Of a stretch of DNA of 64,000 nucleotides, positions 60,714 through 64,000 are shown piece by piece. Origin of the DNA: Torpedo marmorata (Eukaryota); assembly GCA_977017645.1 (NCBI GenBank), contig OZ360223.1, forward strand, positions 107,384,001 to 107,448,000. The letters are read 5' to 3'. The notes under the pieces were generated by a model, which worked only from the letters and a program-made list of their open reading frames with translations, had not been told where the DNA came from and searched no databases. The position numbers and the translations under genes are program-made. Each line of letters opens with the position of its first letter. Within the stretch, counting starts at the first letter, position 1.

Positions 60714-62057
60714 TTAAACAAGAAAGTCTGCAGACACTGTGATTGTAGTTTAATACACAAAAGTGCTGGAGAACTCAGCAGGTTATATAGCTTTCTTTAT
60801 GGCAAAGATACATAAACAACATTTCAGCCCTGAGCCCTTCATCAAAGTATAAGCAAAAAGTAGGCAGGCGCCTGAATAAAATGATGGGGGGAGGAGCTCA
60901 GGCCCAAAGGCAAGAGGTCATAGGGTATATTGGCAGGATGGCATGAAAAAAAAAAGCTGGGAAACGACAGGGGGAGGAGATAGCTCTCTGAATGGAGAAG
61001 GATGGGGGCAGGGAGCTGGAGGAAATGAGACAGAGGGATAGGGAAAGAGAGAGAAAGACAGAGCAGGAGCCAAACAGAAACCCGAGAAGTCGATGTTAAT
61101 GCCGTCTGGTTGGAGAGTGCCCAGACAGAATATTAAGTGTTGTTCCTCCAATTTGCGGGTGGCCTCGTTTTGGCAGTACATGATGCTATGGGAGTTTCTT
61201 TAACTGAGGACAGAGCAAAGGTGCTCAACGAAATGATCTGCCAGTCTGCGTCCAGTCTCACCGATGTAGAGGAGGCCACAACGGGAGCACTGGATGCAGT
61301 AGATGACCGCTGTGGATTCACAAGTGAAGTGTTGCTTCACTTGGAAGGACAATTTGGAGCCCCGAATCCGCATCCAACATATCCTCCGCAATTTCTGCCA
61401 CCGACAACGTGATCCCACCACCAGACACATCTTTCCCTCTTCCCCCTTCCGTGGGAACCGCTCCCTCCGTGACTCGCTCAACCACTCATCCCTTCCTACT
61501 AATCGCCCCCTTGGTACCTACCCCTGTGACCGCAGGAATTGTTTCACTTGTGCCCACACCTCCTCCCTCACCACCATTCAGGGCACCTCCCAGTGGCCAA
61601 CCATTTCAATTCTGCGCCCCACTCCCACACCGATATGTTTGTCCATGGCCTCATGTACTGCCAATCCGAGGCCACCCGCAAATTGGAGGAACAACACCTT
61701 ATATTCTGTCTGGGCACTTACCAACATTAACTTGTCCGGTTTGCCCTCCCCTGTCTCTCTCTCTTTCCCTATTGCTTTGTCTTCTTTCCTCAAACCCCCC
61801 ACCCCCTTCCCTCTCCATTCAGAGAGCTATCCCCTCTCTCTATCACTTCCCAGCTTTTTTTCTCTTCTGCCCTCCCACCCATATCCACCTATGACCTCTT
61901 GCCTGTGGGTCTGTGCTCCTGCCCCTCCCCCCACCATTTTTTTAGTCGCCTGCTCATACCTTGATGAAGGGCTCAGGCCCAAAACGTTGGTTATGTATCT
62001 TTGCCATAAAAATTGCTGTGTGACCTGCTGAGTTTCTCCAGCACTTTTTGTGTATTA
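60714..62057. mobile_element. Penelope-like element insertion with two inverted halves (GIY-YIG fragments)
   Basis: 14-bp TSD AGCTTTATTTTTAG (60700-60713, 62058-62071); minus-strand VIYCIQCSRCGLLYIGETGRRL; RKLEEQHLIFCLG on both strands; inverted termini. Confidence 0.88.
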
Positions 62058-62229
62058 AGCTTTATTTTTAGAACTGTCATGGCAATGTATTTCTAACGGC
62101 ATCCGTCATCTGAGAGAAAACTGGAAAATTTTATATTAAGTGGAGCAGGTAACAAGTTCTGTGTATTATTTAGTGAAATTGGACCCTGCTCCTCAGTTTA
62201 AAGTTTCACTTTAAGCTCTGCTCTCACAG

Positions 62230-62324
62230 AATGCTTGACGAGTTCTCCTATGAGATGGAAAGCACACAATCACGGATGGATAACGTCATGAAGAAGCTAG
62301 CCAAGGTGTCCCACATGACCAGTG
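62230..62324 (+). CDS. STX6: Syntaxin-6 exon 7 (SNARE motif, second half); the transmembrane-coding last exon lies beyond the window
   Basis: cacag|[33 protein letters not shown]|gtaagt; 95 nt. Confidence 0.95.
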
Positions 62325-62689
62325 GTAAGTTTGAGGAAGGTAGCTGCAGACTGAAGTGCACGAGTTTAATCAGTGCTCCTTGACCTAAAGCCCGAGGAAT
62401 GACACAGGAATGTTTGCCTTCCATGGATTTTCCTCTCTTGAAGAGAAACTGAGAGGGGAATTATTTAATATGTTGAAATTATCCCAGTATACTTGCCTGC
62501 ATTGTACAGAATTAAACCATCTGGGCTTGTTTATAAATTAAAGGCAACAACAATGGTGATAATTATGTGACAAAAATATTGCCAATGTTGTAAATCTGAC
62601 AAAATACTGGAAAGGGATTGCTACTCAGCATCTCTGGAGAGAGAACATCAGGGATGATGTTTTAGCTAGAAAGGATCATGCTACATTGA

Positions 62690-63030
62690 ACACGGGCAGC
62701 AGGTGCTGGAATCCTGAGTGAATAGACAGAAGCTGGAGGGACAGTGGCTTGGGCAGCATCCATGGGGAGAAATGGTCAGTTAGCATTTTGAGTCGGGCCT
62801 TTTATCGAGACAACAGTGGGAAGGGGTGATAACAAGCTTGGGAGGGGATGAGGTGATGTGATACTGGAAAGAAGGTGGGAGAAGTGGATAAACAGATAAG
62901 GGAGGAGACCGGTGGGGTGGGGGGAAGGAAGGAAAGGTTAAAGAGAAAAGTGAGACACAAGCAGGTAAAGGAGAGTGGAAACAGTGGAACTGGATCGTGA
63001 TGGGGTTTACCTGACATTGGAATCTTTATC
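62690..63030 (-). mobile_element. Old Penelope-like terminal fragment
   Basis: GGGCAGCATC..GAAATGG..CATTTTGAGTCGG terminal motif plus a purine-rich tract. Confidence 0.45.
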
Positions 63031-63089
63031 TCTCTACCTCTTAAAACCTACCTCTGGTTAAACGTTTGGCCCATAGAGAGATAAAGATA

Positions 63090-63412
63090 CAACTGTGGTG
63101 TCGTCAGCTAATTTGAAGGTGGAGTTGGAACAGTATATAGCTGTACAGTTGTGGGTCTAGAGGGAGTAGAGCAGGGGACTGAGTACACATCCTTGAGGAG
63201 TGTTGAGTACGATCGTGGAGCATTTTCACAGATTGTTAAGCAGGAAGTCAAGGGTCCAGTGGCAAAGGGCCTGGATCCTGAAGTTTGGGAATGAGTTTGC
63301 TCAGGACTGTGGTATTGAAAACAAACCTGTTGTCTATGAACAGTAGTTTAATACAGGATTCCTTAGCATCCAGGTGTTCCGGGGCTGAGTGAAGGGCCAT
63401 GCAGACGGCATC
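63090..63412 (-). mobile_element. Old Rex1-like RT fragment
   Basis: Reverse complement encodes KLADDTTV-, PQGCVLSP- and FNT-like motifs. Confidence 0.65.
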
Positions 63413-64000
63413 TCAGAAGGAATTAAGACAGTTTCTGTCAATGTTCAGGTCCATTTTTGGCTTTGCTTGGCTCCACACCTCATTGTAGGCTTAGTCCGAA
63501 CTTGGAACAAAGTCCAGAGGTGAAGTGCAGGTTGCTGCCCTTCACATCAAGGCAGCATTTTACCAGGTGTGGTATCACGATACGATAGTAGTGTCAGAGG
63601 CTTTTGGATGGACACGTGAATACACAGGGAGGGGAGTGGAGAGATTTGGTTTAATTTGGCATTGTGTTCAGCGCAGACATTATGGGCCGAAGGGCCTGTT
63701 CCTGCGCTGTGCTATGAAGGCGCCTTGGTGAAACTGTAACAAGTAATGACAGGAAAATACTCCAATTGCTGGAATTACAGCTTATGCAAAGGAAGGTGAC
63801 TGGGATTTGATTGTTAATTATCCCAGCCCAAGGACTTCACAGTGGGATCTTCTCAGAACAACGTCCTGGCACCAATCACCTTCAACTATTTCATCAATGT
63901 CCTTCCTTCCATTATAAGATGGAGGGGATATTCACTAATGATTGTACTTTGTTCAGATCTGTTCAAAACTCCTCAGCAAATGAAGCAGTCCATGTCTTAA

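Noticed and set aside
30156-62324. STX10 rather than STX6
   Set aside because: [28 protein letters not shown] and [11 protein letters not shown] with this linker agree better with STX6 as I recall it. A phylogeny would be decisive.

Overview
Repeat-dense vertebrate genomic DNA. The repeat inventory (HE1/V-SINEs, CR1, Rex1, Penelope, AT-rich L1) suggests a cartilaginous fish; this is inference. The only host gene is syntaxin-6 (STX6, + strand). Coding exons 1-7 lie between 30156 and 62324, intron 2 is a U12-type AT-AC intron, and the last exon is beyond the window. Upstream (1-29 kb) is a stack of nested retroelements: a non-autonomous BEL/Pao LTR element (with a Tc2/pogo-type MITE inside) inserted in an L1; a young Gypsy element with one intact ORF that has no protease; a full-length L1 with two intact ORFs inserted in another L1; and a Rex1-type LINE inserted in a CR1. 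The STX6 introns are filled with CR1, Rex1, L1, Penelope and V-SINE copies. Three observations stand out. (1) A 561-bp Tigger/pogo-like MITE carries a deletion-condensed fragment of a LINGO-family LRR gene, which looks like Pack-type gene capture. (2) Both LTR elements, from different superfamilies, lack a tRNA primer-binding site and instead have an 11-12 nt segment at the PBS position that is perfectly complementary to their own LTR (candidate self-priming). (3) The BEL element has its pol replaced by a coiled-coil-like extension. Family assignments come from recalled motifs, not database searches. Boundaries of degraded repeats are approximate.
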